Assembly (NCBI RefSeq): GCF_003918875.1
Contig: NW_025765325.1
Coordinates: 496,001 to 560,000, forward strand
Direction of reading: 5' to 3'
From: Haliotis rubra
Taxonomy: Eukaryota
DNA: 64,000 bases
The notes beneath the pieces are model-generated. The model was not told the DNA's origin. It worked only from the letters and a program-made list of their open reading frames with translations, and did no database searches. Made by a program: the position numbers and the translations under genes. Positions 48,049 to 60,974 of the stretch are shown piece after piece; positions within the stretch are counted from its first letter, which is position 1, and every line of letters begins with the position of its first letter.

Positions 48049-51000
48049 AACCCCCCGTTGTGGACCATGGATATATTTGGTCCACCAACCCGTTTGCCGT
48101 TGGTTGCGCCCCTGTGTCTTTGCAGGGAGGATTCTGGTGGTTGAGGGCACTGGTTCCAGGAACAGTGTTCCTTTGCCCAACACACCACTTCGGCCCTGAC
48201 TTCACCTAGACGGGTGATAGAACTGGCCCGGTTCTATCAATCGGCTGGTCACGCCATGCCCTGTGCATAGACAACATTCAAATTTATATTAATGTACATT
48301 TATATGATGTTGATATTGAATTTCAAAATTATATTATTATATACGTTCTATCAACTGGCTGGTCACGCCAAACCCTGTGCATGGTGAATCTATTATTTGC
48401 ACATTTGCTTATTTTGGGCCTTGGATATTTTTTTATCCTCAATGTTCAAATTATTATGTTAACTTGCCTAGAGTCCTATGCCAGAAGGCGGTGGCTCATG
48501 GGCCAATCTGGTGATAATGACCTCCAAATGATGCATGTCTCTAATTTCTTGTCTTGGGCCGAACCAGTCGGGCATGAAATTGGTAGACAAATGCAGCTAT
48601 TTGTGTTGTTTTATCTGGAGTATAACACCCCTGTATCAGCATCTTGGATACCCGTTGCTATTTGACACTGTCCTTGTTGACACTCCGTGGTGGGTGGAGA
48701 GCAGGGGTGCTGAATTATTTCCTTTCATCATGGAGCTTACACATGCTGGTTCAATTCGAAATGAAAAGAAAAGACTTAGAGGACTTAGATCTCTCAACTG
48801 GAAAAGATGCCATGATATTTGGTGATTGAGGCTGCAGATTTCCTACCCATTAAACTAAACCCGTTTGCAATCTCAAAGGCTGTATCTGGTATTTGCGGAC
48901 AAGTTAACGTCACCCGTCTCCGTAGTGGTTCACTTCTTGTGGAGTGTGCACGGCGACAGCAATCTCTCAATTTGCTATCGATCAAAACATTTGCAAATAT
49001 TGAGGTTGTTGTTTCTGTGCACAGGACACTTAACTCTTGTCGAGGCATTGTTCGGGACAGAGCTTGTTACTTGTCCGACATGTCTGAAGAAGAAATCGCT
49101 ACAAGCTAAAAGAATGGGCAGCAACCGCAGTTACGCGTTTTACCATCAAGAAAGATGGCGTAACCATAAAAACAAACACATATTTGATGTCGTTTGCGCG
49201 TTCATCTCTACCAGACTCTATTAAAGCAGGATATTTTAATATCGGAGTGGGGGTGTATGTCCCCTCTCCATTCGGACATGGTTCAAGCTCTTGTCGAAAC
49301 TCTGCCGTCTGTCATGGTTGTGGTGACAACCACGAGGGCACTGACTGTCAAAACATTATGAATGCTGCAATTGTGATGGCAAGCATGCTGCATCATCAAA
49401 GTCTTGCCCAGTGTGATAAACGGAATCTAAAATCCTAAAGCTAAAGTGTCAAAACAATATTTCCTACCTTGAGGCCACAAAACTATTCAAAACTGAGACA
49501 GCACCTCCATCAACCATAACCTATTTAGCTGCAGTTTATCGATCTGTGGCAACATCAACTATATCGTCTCAGACTGACTTGACATGGGTCAAGTCAGAAA
49601 AGCCTGTTGCTTCAAACTCAACCACACTCCCTTCTCAAGCTACTCAGTCAACGTCTGCATCGCAGACAGAGAACCAGGTTACGGCAAAATCAGGAACCTC
49701 TGCCAAACCACCAGCAGTAAATCATTTGACAAAAAAGAAGGAAAGAAAATGTTAAACAGAACAGAAACAATTACCGTCCCTTCACCATCAAAGGTTTCTT
49801 TACAAAACTCATTTGGGCCTCTGGATATGGAGGTAACTCTGTCCGTGCAGGACAGGAGGAGGAACAGCTCCCCCTCACATTCACGAGAGAGATCTCCATT
49901 TAAGGCACCACGACTCAGTTGGACAATTTAATTCAATGGAATTGCAGAGGGCTGAAGAATAACTTCAATGAGATACAATTGTTATTACAGGATTTTAAAC
50001 GTTCGGCATTATGTGTTCAGGAGACATATATAAAATATACGGACTCATTCAATTTACGACAATACAGTGCTTATCACTGCCAGGAGATAAAGCAACTGGT
50101 GGTGCTTCTGTTTTGGTACGGCAGGGCATCATACATAGCCCTGTCCCTCTTAATACCAATCTCCAAGCTTTAGCTGTTCGTCTGACTATGCACATTGCGT
50201 TTACGTTGTGCAGTTTATATGTCCCTCCATATTCTGATATCCAACTGTCGGATTTGCAAAATTTGTATGATCAGCTCCCAAAGCCATGTCTCATCATGGG
50301 CGATCTGAACGGACACAACCCGCTTTGGGGTAGTGTCCATACTTATCCTAAAGGTACAATGCTTGAGGAATTCATTTCCGATAATAATTTATGTATTTTC
50401 AATGACAATTCAGTCACATATTTACATCCAGCTACGGGAACATATTCTTCCCTGGATCTGTCTCTCTCCTTTGTTAAAAATGCAATTGTAACTAAACATG
50501 CTGTATCAATTTTCTTTATCTTGAGAAAGCTTATACGACCTGGAAGTATGGCATTTTGAAGGATTTACATGATTTTGGTTTGAGAGGCCGTTTGCTTCTT
50601 TTTATATCACTGTTTTTAAAAAACAGGCAATTTCAAGTCCGAGTGGGTTCAACCCTGTCTGATCATTACAATCGGGATCAGGGTGTCCCTCAAGGCAGCA
50701 TTTTGTCTGTCACACTGTTTAGCATCAAAATCAATACTTTATCAAAGGTTTTAAATGATTCAATTGATGGATCATTATTTGTGGATGATTTTAATATTTC
50801 TTGTCGTGGTAAAAATATGCATACTATTGAACGGCAACTGCAGTTATGTTTAAACAAAATATACATAAATGGTGTCTTGAAAACGGCTTTGAATTTTCAA
50901 AATCCAAAACTAATTGTATACATTTTTGTAGAAAGTACAAACCCCATAAAGACCCTGAACTATTTTTAAATTGCACCCCTATCAAAGTTGTCAAGGAGGC

Positions 51001-51660
51001 CAAATTATTGGGTCTTTTTTTCGATTCCCATTTAACATTTCAGCCACATATTAAATCCCTTAAAGCTAAATGCCTGAAGGCACTCGATTTGTTAAAGGTT
51101 GTCTCCAATTCAAAGTGGGGAGGGGATCAAACTACCCTCCTTCACCTATATAGATCATTGGTGCGATCTAAACTTGATTATGGCTCGATCGTATATGGCG
51201 GAGCCTGCAAAAGCAACCTTTAACTACTTGATTCTGTTCACCACCAAGGTCTAAGACCTTGTCTTGGGTCTTATAGAACTTCTCCAGTTGATAGTCTCTA
51301 CGTTGAGGCAGATAAGCCTTCTCTTACCCAACGCCGTATAAAATTATCATTACAATATATTACCAAACTATATTCTAACGAGTCTAACCCTACATTTAAC
51401 TGTGTCTTCAATCCTCTTTATGAGGATTTGTATAACAAAAAGTCTTCTCTTGTTCCACCTCTTGGACACAGAATTAAAACATTCATTTCTGCTGCCGGCA
51501 TTGAGCTGGAGAATATATCTCCTTCTCGTCTTCTTTCTTCTCCTTGGCAATTGGTGAGGCCAGAAGTTGACTTAACATTAACCACATTTAAAAAATCAGA
51601 AACTAATGAATTACAGTATAAACAAGAATTTAGTCTATTAAGAAATAAATATTATACATA

Positions 51661-53186
51661 AACTCACACGCAAAAGAAAAGCAAGTCTAGTATGAAGTAT
51701 ATATGTACTTATTTTTAACAGTATAGAATACAAATACCAACAGCGTCTGTTGTACAGAAATTTGAGCAAGAACAGTTCATTGGCAACAAAAACAGATGAC
51801 GTCATTACATTTTGTGACAGCAAAAGAGTTGCGCAGATTCTTGTTAATAGCTATGACGTCATTCAATACCTGGTGTGGCCACCATTAGCATTGATCACTG
51901 TAACACATCTCCTGTACATGGAGTGTATCAGACGATTCGTAAAGGCCCTGGGGATCCTCCTGCACACACAAGCAGAACAGCTGTACGAACTTCATCACTG
52001 GTCGCACTTCATTCAGGCGCCTTTGAACCTCATCCCACAAGTGCTCGATGGGGTTCAGGTCAGGGCTGAGAGCTGGCCACGGTAGGACACGGATGTTGTG
52101 TTGTTGAAGAGATTCCATGGTAACTCTTGCAACATGTGGACGAGCGTTATCCTGCTGGAAAAGGTGGTTACGATGTTGGGCGAAAAATGGAACAACGTGG
52201 GGTCTGATGACTTGGTCAATGTAACGCTGAGCTGTGACCCCATGTCCTCGACCCACATTCTGGAAACACATTGGTCCAAGTCTCGCATTAAGTCCAATTC
52301 CGGCCCAAATCATGACACTAGGTCCACCCCATGCATCCCTTTCCAAAACATTTCTTTCAGCAAAACGATCTCCTTGACATCGCCAAACTCTGATCCTTCC
52401 ATCTGCATGTGACACACAAAACCGACTCTCATCAGAGAATATGACATGTCTCCATTCACGTTGACGCCAGTTTTGATGACCCTGTGCCCACTGAAGTCGT
52501 GCTTGTCGATGCCGTGGTTGGAGGACAGGACGACGTGCTGGTCGGCGACATCGTAGGTTGTTGAAACGCAGATGTCAGATGACAGTGTCACGGCTGATGC
52601 GTCGATTATGCGTTCCTATGGTGTCTCGAGCAGTGTGGCTTGCTGTCAGGAATGAATCTCCCTGGTGTTGACGTGTAATGTGTCGATCTTGTCGAGGGGT
52701 GGTGACCCTAGGTCGGCCGCTTCGGGGAAGGTTATCTGTAGTCTGCGTTGTGTTGTATCGATGCTGGAGACGTGTAGATCGTGGTTATGTTGACATTAAA
52801 ATGACGGGCAACATCTTGGACAGACTCTCCAGCTTCCAACCGTCCGATAGCCTGGTTCCTCTCAAATTGATTTAAACGTGGCATTGTTGAACAAAGAGTG
52901 ACTGGCTAAAGATTTTGGCTCAGTTTTATACCCACTGAAGATGGTGACAACTCGTGCATTTTGATTGCATGAGGAAAGTGTGCATGATGCCCACATCGCC
53001 TTTGAAGCGGTGCGTTCTGGCGATTCGTTTTTTTTATTCTGTTCCCACACTGGCTTTGCAAAACGAAACAGAAAATGGCAACAACACCGTCAACCATCAT
53101 TATTTACCAACGTTGTTATAATTTTAGGGGTCTGAGTTTCATTCCTCCTTTGAGCAAGAAACTTGCGTTTCTTTTGCGTGTGAGTA
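51661..53186 (-). mobile_element. Tc1-family transposon with a disrupted DD34E-type transposase
   Basis: TIR actcacacgcaaaagaaa.gcaagt with TA TSD. Motifs VIFSDESRFC, FQQDNARPH, WPALSPDLNPIEHLW. Confidence 0.93.
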
Positions 53187-53343
53187 TATGAATCCGTATT
53201 TACAGATGGGTCCAAGGATGGTGGCGCAGTAGCTTGTGCCACTGTCATTGGATCCAGAACAATATCTTCCAAATTACCAAATAACAGCTCTATTTTCACA
53301 GCAGAAGCTAACGCCATATTCACAGCTCTTAGATATATTAATA

Positions 53344-53505
53344 GTGACTGAGTTTGGTTTTACGCCGCTTTTAGCATTATTCCAGCAACATCACGGCGGG
53401 GGACACCAGAAATGGGCTTAACACATTGTGCCCATGTGGGGATTCGAACCCGGGTCTTCGGCGTAACGAGCCAACGCTTTAACCATAAGGCTACCCCATC
53501 GCCCC
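53344..53505 (-). mobile_element. SINE family A inserted in the LINE RNase H domain
   Basis: 13-bp TSD agatatattaata. Confidence 0.9.
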
Positions 53506-54704
53506 AGATATATTAATAAACACCGTAAATATAAACAATACATAATATTTTCAGATTCTCTTTCGTGTCTTCAGGCTATTAAAAATCTTTCTTGTAAACA
53601 TCCATTTGTATTAGAAATTATTGAATTGTATAATGAGCTTGCTACTGGCCAATGCGGCATCGTCTTTTGTTGGTTACCCAGCCACGTTGGCATTTCTGCG
53701 GACAAAATGGCCGATCTTGCTGCACTCAACAAATCTGTGACACCACTTCTTATTCCATACTCTGATTACAAAGCTAGTATTAGAACTTACATCCGTGATC
53801 TGATGCAAAAGAAGTGGGACACCCAAGTACGTATTACCAAATTATATTAAATAAAACCCTATATTGGGTTACACCTACTTGGGTTGTCAGTCCAGATTTG
53901 AAGAGGTCATCATGCAATGATGTCCTATTGGACATACAAGGTATACTCACAAATACTTGTTGAAAGGTGAAGATCCTCCGTTTTGTATCCCTTGTGATGA
54001 GAGAGTCACAGTCAAGCATCTCCTGCTTGACTGTGTTGAATTCTCCATCATAAGGGATAAGTATTTGAATGTGAAAACAGTTAAGGATCTTTTTAGCACT
54101 GTTAATTTTCATTTAATTATTGGCTTTTTAAAAGAAATTGAATAATTGATGAATTTTGAATAATATGTTCTGTAGATAGATGTATTTTAATGATTGGTAG
54201 TTTAGATTAATAACTTGTATTGTTAGTGGCTGTACCCTCAAAAGGGGTTAAAGTGCTGAAAAATTATTGTCCTCCTGAGAGGGTACGTAAGTCTCAAAAC
54301 ATTTGAAGTAAATCTAAGTCTACCAGGTTTTTAATCGTAGTATTTTTGTCATTTTAACTGTTGGCTAAATCTCAGTATAAACGCCAATGATTGAAGGGAT
54401 GGTGTAAATCCAGCTAGGGTCCATGCAGGTAGCGAAAGGTACTGTAAGTCCCCATGGTCCCTAGCATGGTGATCTACCTTCAGTTATTGGCGATCTATGG
54501 CCTGTTTTTATCTTGTATTGTCCTAATGCTATTAGTTTTAACCTTCCACACTAGTGTTAAATCTAATTGTGATATTCTAGTTGTTTTACTGTCCTTCGAT
54601 GACAGGTTTTATAATATACACATATTCCATTTCAATGTAAAATGTTCTCGTCACGATATGGCTGAAATATTGCCGATGTGACGATAAATTTTAACTCACT
54701 CTCG

Positions 54705-55177
54705 TAATTTCAGTGCAGCACATTTTGGGAGGAAAGTAGTCAGGATTTTGCTGAAAAACACCACCAACAACTTCAATCCAAAATAGCGGCCAAACGGTGC
54801 ATTTTAGCGACTCGACCCGTTAGGCGAAATTATAGACATTTTGGTAGCCAGAACTTTGGTAGCCATTGGATCAGTAGTTGTGCAGATATTGGCTGTTGAA
54901 ATTGAAGTTTTAAAATTAATTTTGAATAATCTGCCCGTTGCTATTAGGCCTAGAGCCTTGAGATTTTAATGGGGAATATCTACACCTCAGTGGGCATCTA
55001 GGTCATTTTTTCAGGCGATTCTGTCAACTAATGCTCTTTGTAGGGCTGGTACAAAATCCGTCGGAATAATAATAAAGAATAACAATAATAAAAATGAGCT
55101 GATATGAGCCTTACCATAATACAAATAATCCGAACAATTACAATAGGTCTCCTGCCAAGAGGCAAGGAGCCCTAATG
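54705..55177 (+). mobile_element. HINE/Helentron-like element 3' part
   Basis: (AAT)n tract followed by a terminal hairpin ggtctcctgcc-aaga-ggcaaggagcc. Confidence 0.45.
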
Positions 55178-56920
55178 ACTATTTTTTTCAGTTATGCCTG
55201 TATATCTTTTATCATAACCTTTGTGTTTTAACCTGTTCCTGTTAACTGTCTCTTGTAGGCAGATATCTCTTGTCTTGATTTCGATAATACACTGTACCAT
55301 TTCTTTTCACATTCCTTGGCAGGTTTTTAACATGTGGAAGCGAAACAGATAGTTGTGTGGCAATGTTTTGCCAAGTTGCCCTTTTTGTCTCGGATGAAAC
55401 CTCGGAAAATTTTCCCCGCAAAACATTCTTGTGACTGTCAACTCATAGGACAAGTAACAAATTTTCGTCATTTGTCCAATTAGGTTTCCTGTTGTTTCCA
55501 CTTTTTTTTCTTGTTGCAGAGCCATGATACTGATAACGTAACTGACAGGACTGATCGATTAATGGTCGTCTGATTCAGTACCTACAGCGCGTGCATCCTT
55601 GACCACTGGCTTTACTGGACAGATAGCTCGCTTAACAATAAACGTAAATAATGTACTTACCCCAGTAAAACACTCGGAAATGTATTCATCAGAGGCAAAG
55701 ACGTCGCACAGCATCTGTAACAAATCAAAACAAAAAACCGGAAATATACCGTCTTCTTGTCGTAAACTGGACATAACGGGTTTGCGACGTCGCACTTTCG
55801 CCTTTGTCGTGCTAAAAATAAACGCGGGTTTTTCCCTTGTGACTTTTTTCATCTTTTTGCCAAGGAGAGTTCCGAAAGTCCTTAGTTACGAATATTTCTG
55901 AGAGTTACTCTTAAGACTAACCTAAAAGCCTAATATAGATCGAAACCTCTAAGAGAACGAGGGGGAACCTCTTGTTGGTAGAACAGCCAGGCAATCAACA
56001 AGCGTGTGTAGTGAAATTTTAATTTCACACGTGCAACTCGCACACCTGGCTGTTCTACCAACAGGTGGTCCCCCATCGTAACAAATAGCGAAAAGTGACA
56101 ACAAAATAATGATAGTTTGTTAAACAACAATCGGGTGTCCAAAATTATGAGACAAATCATCTAAATTGGTCTGTCGATTTCATGTGACTGTGTAAAATTT
56201 GGTTTTGTTGCAATTATTAGATTTTGTGTTTGTGAGCAATTCATCCGTCTCAAATGAAATCAAACGGGCTATTCGCCGAAACGTCGCACTCATTGCAATA
56301 AAGAAGTTGACTATCCATAGAACTTGGTTTTCCTTCATCTTTACAACTTCTAAAATGCCTCTCGCTATATAAGTTTATTAACATACATGCCCTTCTTGTC
56401 AAGGAGGCCCTCAACTCAGCAATACAACATATTAGTGGTATATAGCTTCTAGTCAGTCAAGTTGGGCATGGTAATTGACGATGACAATTCAATTACGAAA
56501 GCAGGGGCGGATCCAGGATTTTGGAGAAGGGGGGTGCGAAGGTTAGGAGGAAATGCTCCCAACGCCTGCACCTCCCCTCTAATTGTTGTAGCAATATATG
56601 AAGTTGCCTGGAAAATATTGGTCGTCGCTGTTTTGAGAACTCGAAATTTCAGTATTGCAAAACTATAACGTACACGTATTTGCTAGATACAAACTCCATA
56701 ATGACATGTATACATTTAAACATGAATTTACAAGGTGAAAGGTCTCCGTTAGCTTCATCCAATCAAACGTAAGCATTCAATAATATTGGGATTCCCCCCT
56801 AAGTCAACGAGATCCTCTCTCGGTGGTCCAGGGCCCAGTTTATATGGTCACTGACGCTAACTGGTATTGGATGATTACGCGGGATAATTAAAAAACGGCG
56901 GCTTAATCATGTGTCTCCCA

Positions 56921-57187
56921 GACCCGTGAAGATCCGGGGTAGAATAGGTCTTCAGCAACCCATTCTTGTCATAAAAGGCACTATGCTTGTCGTAAAAGGC
57001 GACTAACGGGATCGGGTGGTCAGGCTCGCTGACTTGGTTGACACATGTCATCGGTTCCCAATTGCGCAGATCGATGCTCATGCTGATGATCACTGGATTT
57101 TCTGGTCCAGACTCGATTATTTAGAGACCGCCGCCATACAGCTGGAATATTGCTGAGTGCGGCGTAAAACTAAACTCACTCACTCAC
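56921..57187 (+). mobile_element. SINE-like family B, full-length (duplicated-hairpin subfamily)
   Basis: Starts gacccgtgaagatccgggg and ends in the shared tail with (CACT)n. Confidence 0.9.
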
Positions 57188-57438
57188 ATGTCTCTTTAAG
57201 TGATTTTCTACTTGTTAGTTCGCTCTAGGGAAATATCGATTATTAGATGTTGGGATATACAATGCAGTATTTCATCATCAAAAGAGTACATAATTATCAT
57301 GACATACACATTTCAGCATTTCGAAGAAATACCGCTAGTACATGTAAATGTAGAAAGCAGCGTCCAAGCCAATTCCGTATTATTATTTACATTATTTGCA
57401 TTCAGTCTGTGCTTCTGCTTGAACCGTTCTTGCATTAC

Positions 57439-57750
57439 TCGGAGAGCGGAAGGTCGCGGGTTCGATGCAAGACCGCGTCATACCAAAAGACGTTCAAATA
57501 TGGTACTTGTTGGACCCTGCCTGGCGCTCGGCATTAATGGGTACATCAAGGACTGGTCGGCTCGGAGTCAGTATATTGTGTCCGAGTGGGGTATTCATGC
57601 TTCACTGCGGCATGGTATCTCAGTAGGCTAGCACTATAAAACCAGCTTCAGTCTGGGCTAGTACAAGCAGCCGCACATACACATACACGCGCATGCACGT
57701 CGTCATATGAGTGAAATATTCTCAATCACGACGTTAAACCCAATTTACCT
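57439..57750 (+). mobile_element. V-SINE (family C), 5'-truncated
   Basis: Matches 38066-38360. Confidence 0.85.
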
Positions 57751-58642
57751 CATATCACCTTACATTACTCATCAACTGAGGTAGGGCCTGACTAGTTATT
57801 TAGCAAATTTATGCAAATATCATCGCATCTATCCCAATAGATCTGAAACAGATTTTCTCGTGGTTTATTCACAATTGTGGGGGTAAGTTTGAACGGCGGC
57901 AGTCAATAAGGAAAAATCAACTTTATTAAAACAATTATGTGTGTGGCGGGAGGTCCGGATAAGAGCAGAGCATTATACACTCCAAACGACGTCACGTACA
58001 CAGGCTGCTAGCACCTGTACCAAACCGTCACAACGTCACAAGGTCAGATACACAACTTGAAGTCAACATCTCTGTCTTCAGTTACATTACTGTGAGAATC
58101 AGTTTATCAATGGGACATTCACACCAAAGAAATCCATGGCCACGTGCCTCGCTGGCCTTGACCCCGATTATGGATGTGAGACATAACGTCACAATAGCTC
58201 GTAATTTGTGTGTTTACACATTAATATACATCAGCAAGCCGATGACGTAATGTATTCCAAGCACATGCTGTCGACAACTATTAATGCATGGCCTGCAGAT
58301 GGAATAGAGCTTTGTGATGTGAATGAATGAGATCGCATTTAACACAATGGTGAAAATAATATTTACTTTGTAAAATGCATCTTCTTTTGTGGTTTTAGCG
58401 GGAGTATTTGTTATCGTAATCATATTTTCAACTATTTTGTCTTTAATTATTATTTTTTCATTACGGTAGAGGGTATAAAAACACTTGTGACATACACTTG
58501 GAGTTCGGCTCCCCTTACCACCTCTGGCAAATTACCAAATTCAAAATTCATACAAAGTTAAGTATGCAACCTTAACGCCCCTTTCAGGTTGCCATATCTT
58601 TCGGTGAAATCACCCCTTTTTCGATCAAACACTTAATGCCCT

Positions 58643-58806
58643 GGATCGGTGGGCTAGCCTAGTGGTTAAAGCGTTCGCTCGTCACGCCGAAGACCCAGGT
58701 TCGATTCCCCACATGGGTACAATGTGTGTAGCCCATTTCTGGTGTTCCCCGCCGTGATATTGCTGGAATTTTGCTACAAGCGATGTAAAACTGAACTCAC
58801 TCACTT
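58643..58806 (+). mobile_element. SINE family A
   Basis: Matches the 16585 copy. Confidence 0.85.
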
Positions 58807-58868
58807 AATTCCCTCGAGGGCCCGTGTGCGAATTATGATTTATGTCGGAAAGAGCAAGTTAAATCTCC

Positions 58869-58870
<2 letters not shown>

Positions 58871-58899
<29 letters not shown>

Positions 58900-58930
58900 T
58901 CATGTGGTCTGTAAAAATATCATCATCATC
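58871..58930. repeat. (ATC)n microsatellite
   Basis: Seen directly. Confidence 0.9.
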
Positions 58931-59025
58931 ACTAAATGTGTTTGTGACGGTACTACCGGCGCTTGACATGCTCACCTTTTTGTGAGCACTTTGTATCCTC
59001 ACTATTTCATATTCATTCATACACT

Positions 59026-59083
59026 GGCACCCGTGAAGAGCCACCTCCTCGTGGTGGGTGCTGGGTAACGCCAAAAGCTCTTC
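59026..59083 (+). ncRNA. HDV-like ribozyme at the 5' end of LINE copy 3
   Basis: GGCACCC gu GAAGAGC c ACC UCCUCGU GGU GGGUGCU GG GUAAC G C CAAAA GCUCUUC, with a 7-bp P1 and 7-bp P2. Confidence 0.88.
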
Positions 59084-59630
59084 GACCCCTCGTTGTGGAC
59101 CCGGGGGGATATTTGGTCCACCAACCCGTTTGCCGTGGGTTGCGCCCCTGTGTCGGTGGAGGACGGGAGTCTGGTGGTTGAGGGCACTGGTTCCAGGAAC
59201 AGTGTTCCTTTGCCCAATACACCACTTCGCCCCTGACTTCACCTAGACGGGTGGTTGAATGGGCCTGGTTCAATCAATCGGCTGGTCATGCCAAGCCCTG
59301 TGTATTTGAAATAGTACTTTATATCACTTGAACTACTTTTATTATTTTCGCTTCAAGGAACTGTCTTGGCATCAATTACTTTCCATATTATAATTTTGCA
59401 AAATGTTCAAAATCAATTAATTATTTTGCCTAGAGTCCTAATACCCAGAAGGCGATGGCTCATGGGCCAATCTAGTAGGATATGTCTTTTCAAGATATGT
59501 TTCTGCTTGAGTATATCCACCTGGTATCCTTGGTGCCATCTGTTGGAGATCCACAGATGTAAGGCATCGTCCTTGTTGACACTCCATGGTGGGTGGGGAG
59601 CCAGGTGGATGAAACATAACTCACACTAAC

Positions 59631-60974
59631 ATGGCACCCCCTTACAAAAAACGTACTCATGAACCAGAAGATTCAGCCTCTTCGGAGGATGATGATCCTT
59701 CAATACAAAAAATCAACTCTGATCACTGGTCTAGATTTCTAGTCATGTCTTCCACTGATGGATCTGCTCTAAAGCTGAATCCTTTTGCCATTGCAAAGGG
59801 TATTGAAGGTTTAGCTGGAGAAGTTAAAGAAGTTAAAATGTTACGTGCAGGCTGTCTTTTGATTGAGTGCAAGAAACACATTCAATCACAGATTCTCCTT
59901 TCAACTAAATCTTTAGCAAATGTTCCTGTGCAAGTTTCTCCTCACAGGACTTTAAACAGCAGCAAGGGGATTGTGCGAGATGTAATACGTTGTCTCTCGG
60001 ACATGACCAAAGCTGAAATTGTTGCAGAATTAAAATCACAAAATGTCACTGACGTAAAACGTTTTACAATGAAGAGAGACAATGAAACCATCAAGACAAA
60101 CACTTATCTATTTACATTTGGTCTTCCTGCTCGTCCTGAATCACTTAAAGCTGGCTACTGTAACTTACGGGTTGATGCTTTCATCCCGAATCCCCTGAGA
60201 TGTTACAGTTGTCAGAAGTTTGGACACGGATCTAAGTCATGCCGTAATGCAGCCGCTTGTCATCGATGTGGTGGAGCATGCGAGGATGGCAAGTCATGTA
60301 CCAATCCTCCTTCTTGTGTCAACTGCTCAGGTAGTCATCCGTCCTCGTCAAAGGAATGTCCTACATGGAAATTTCAGTCGAAAATCTCTCGAATAAAGCA
60401 TGACCGTAATGTAAGTTTTCTGGAAGCAAGGAAGAGTGTTCTTGCTCAAGAACAGCCAGGATCTAGTTATGCCACTACGGCCTCTGTACGACTTTCAAAG
60501 CCGAAGACAAAACATGTATCTCTTCAGACAATTACTTGCCAGACTGATTACACGTGGACAAAGACATCTGCGCCTACTTTGGTATCTACGGCAGTTCAAG
60601 TGAGGCCTCCTCGACAGAGCTCTTGCTCACAAACCATTCCTTCAAGTCAAACAATCATTCAGTCTCAGGCGTTTTGTGATAAGGATTCATCTTTACCTCA
60701 GGTGCAATCATTATCACAATCAACTCAATTACCCAAATCTGACACTAATGTGAAACAACTTGCAAACACTAAATCCAAATCTAAAGCTGAACCTACAAAG
60801 AAGAACCTTAGTGGACGATCCCCCAAAGGGTCCAGTAACCAGGTCCAACTGTTTAATAAGTTTGGATCACTCGAGGACATGGATGTGTCTGAAAGCAGCC
60901 ATTTTCGGTCGCATAGCTTGTCACCCTCGAGAAAAGTGAGGGGTCGTTCTCCTGTTAATCCCCCGAAGAGATAG
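59631..60974 (+). CDS. LINE ORF1, gag-like nucleic-acid-binding protein (447 aa, three CCHC-type knuckles)
   Basis: PNPLRCYSCQKFGHGSKSC, CHRCG, CVNCSGSHPSSSKEC. Confidence 0.9.
   Translation: MAPPYKKRTHEPEDSASSEDDDPSIQKINSDHWSRFLVMSSTDGSALKLNPFAIAKGIEGLAGEVKEVKMLRAGCLLIECKKHIQSQILLSTKSLANVPVQVSPHRTLNSSKGIVRDVIRCLSDMTKAEIVAELKSQNVTDVKRFTMKRDNETIKTNTYLFTFGLPARPESLKAGYCNLRVDAFIPNPLRCYSCQKFGHGSKSCRNAAACHRCGGACEDGKSCTNPPSCVNCSGSHPSSSKECPTWKFQSKISRIKHDRNVSFLEARKSVLAQEQPGSSYATTASVRLSKPKTKHVSLQTITCQTDYTWTKTSAPTLVSTAVQVRPPRQSSCSQTIPSSQTIIQSQAFCDKDSSLPQVQSLSQSTQLPKSDTNVKQLANTKSKSKAEPTKKNLSGRSPKGSSNQVQLFNKFGSLEDMDVSESSHFRSHSLSPSRKVRGRSPVNPPKR

Larger units (their letters stand above)
47991..54701 (+). 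mobile_element. I-group/Nimb-like LINE copy 2, disrupted: ~1.1-kb EN-RT deletion at ~50465, nested Tc1 and SINE
   Basis: ORF1 fragments (KLNPFAISK, VHRTLNSCRG) and ORF2 EN/RT/RNaseH fragments. Same 3' UTR and tail as copy 1. Confidence 0.95.

Noticed and set aside
56502-58650. hAT-like element bounded by caggggcggatccagg and ccctggatc
   Set aside because: The right end is truncated by a SINE and no 8-bp TSD can be verified.
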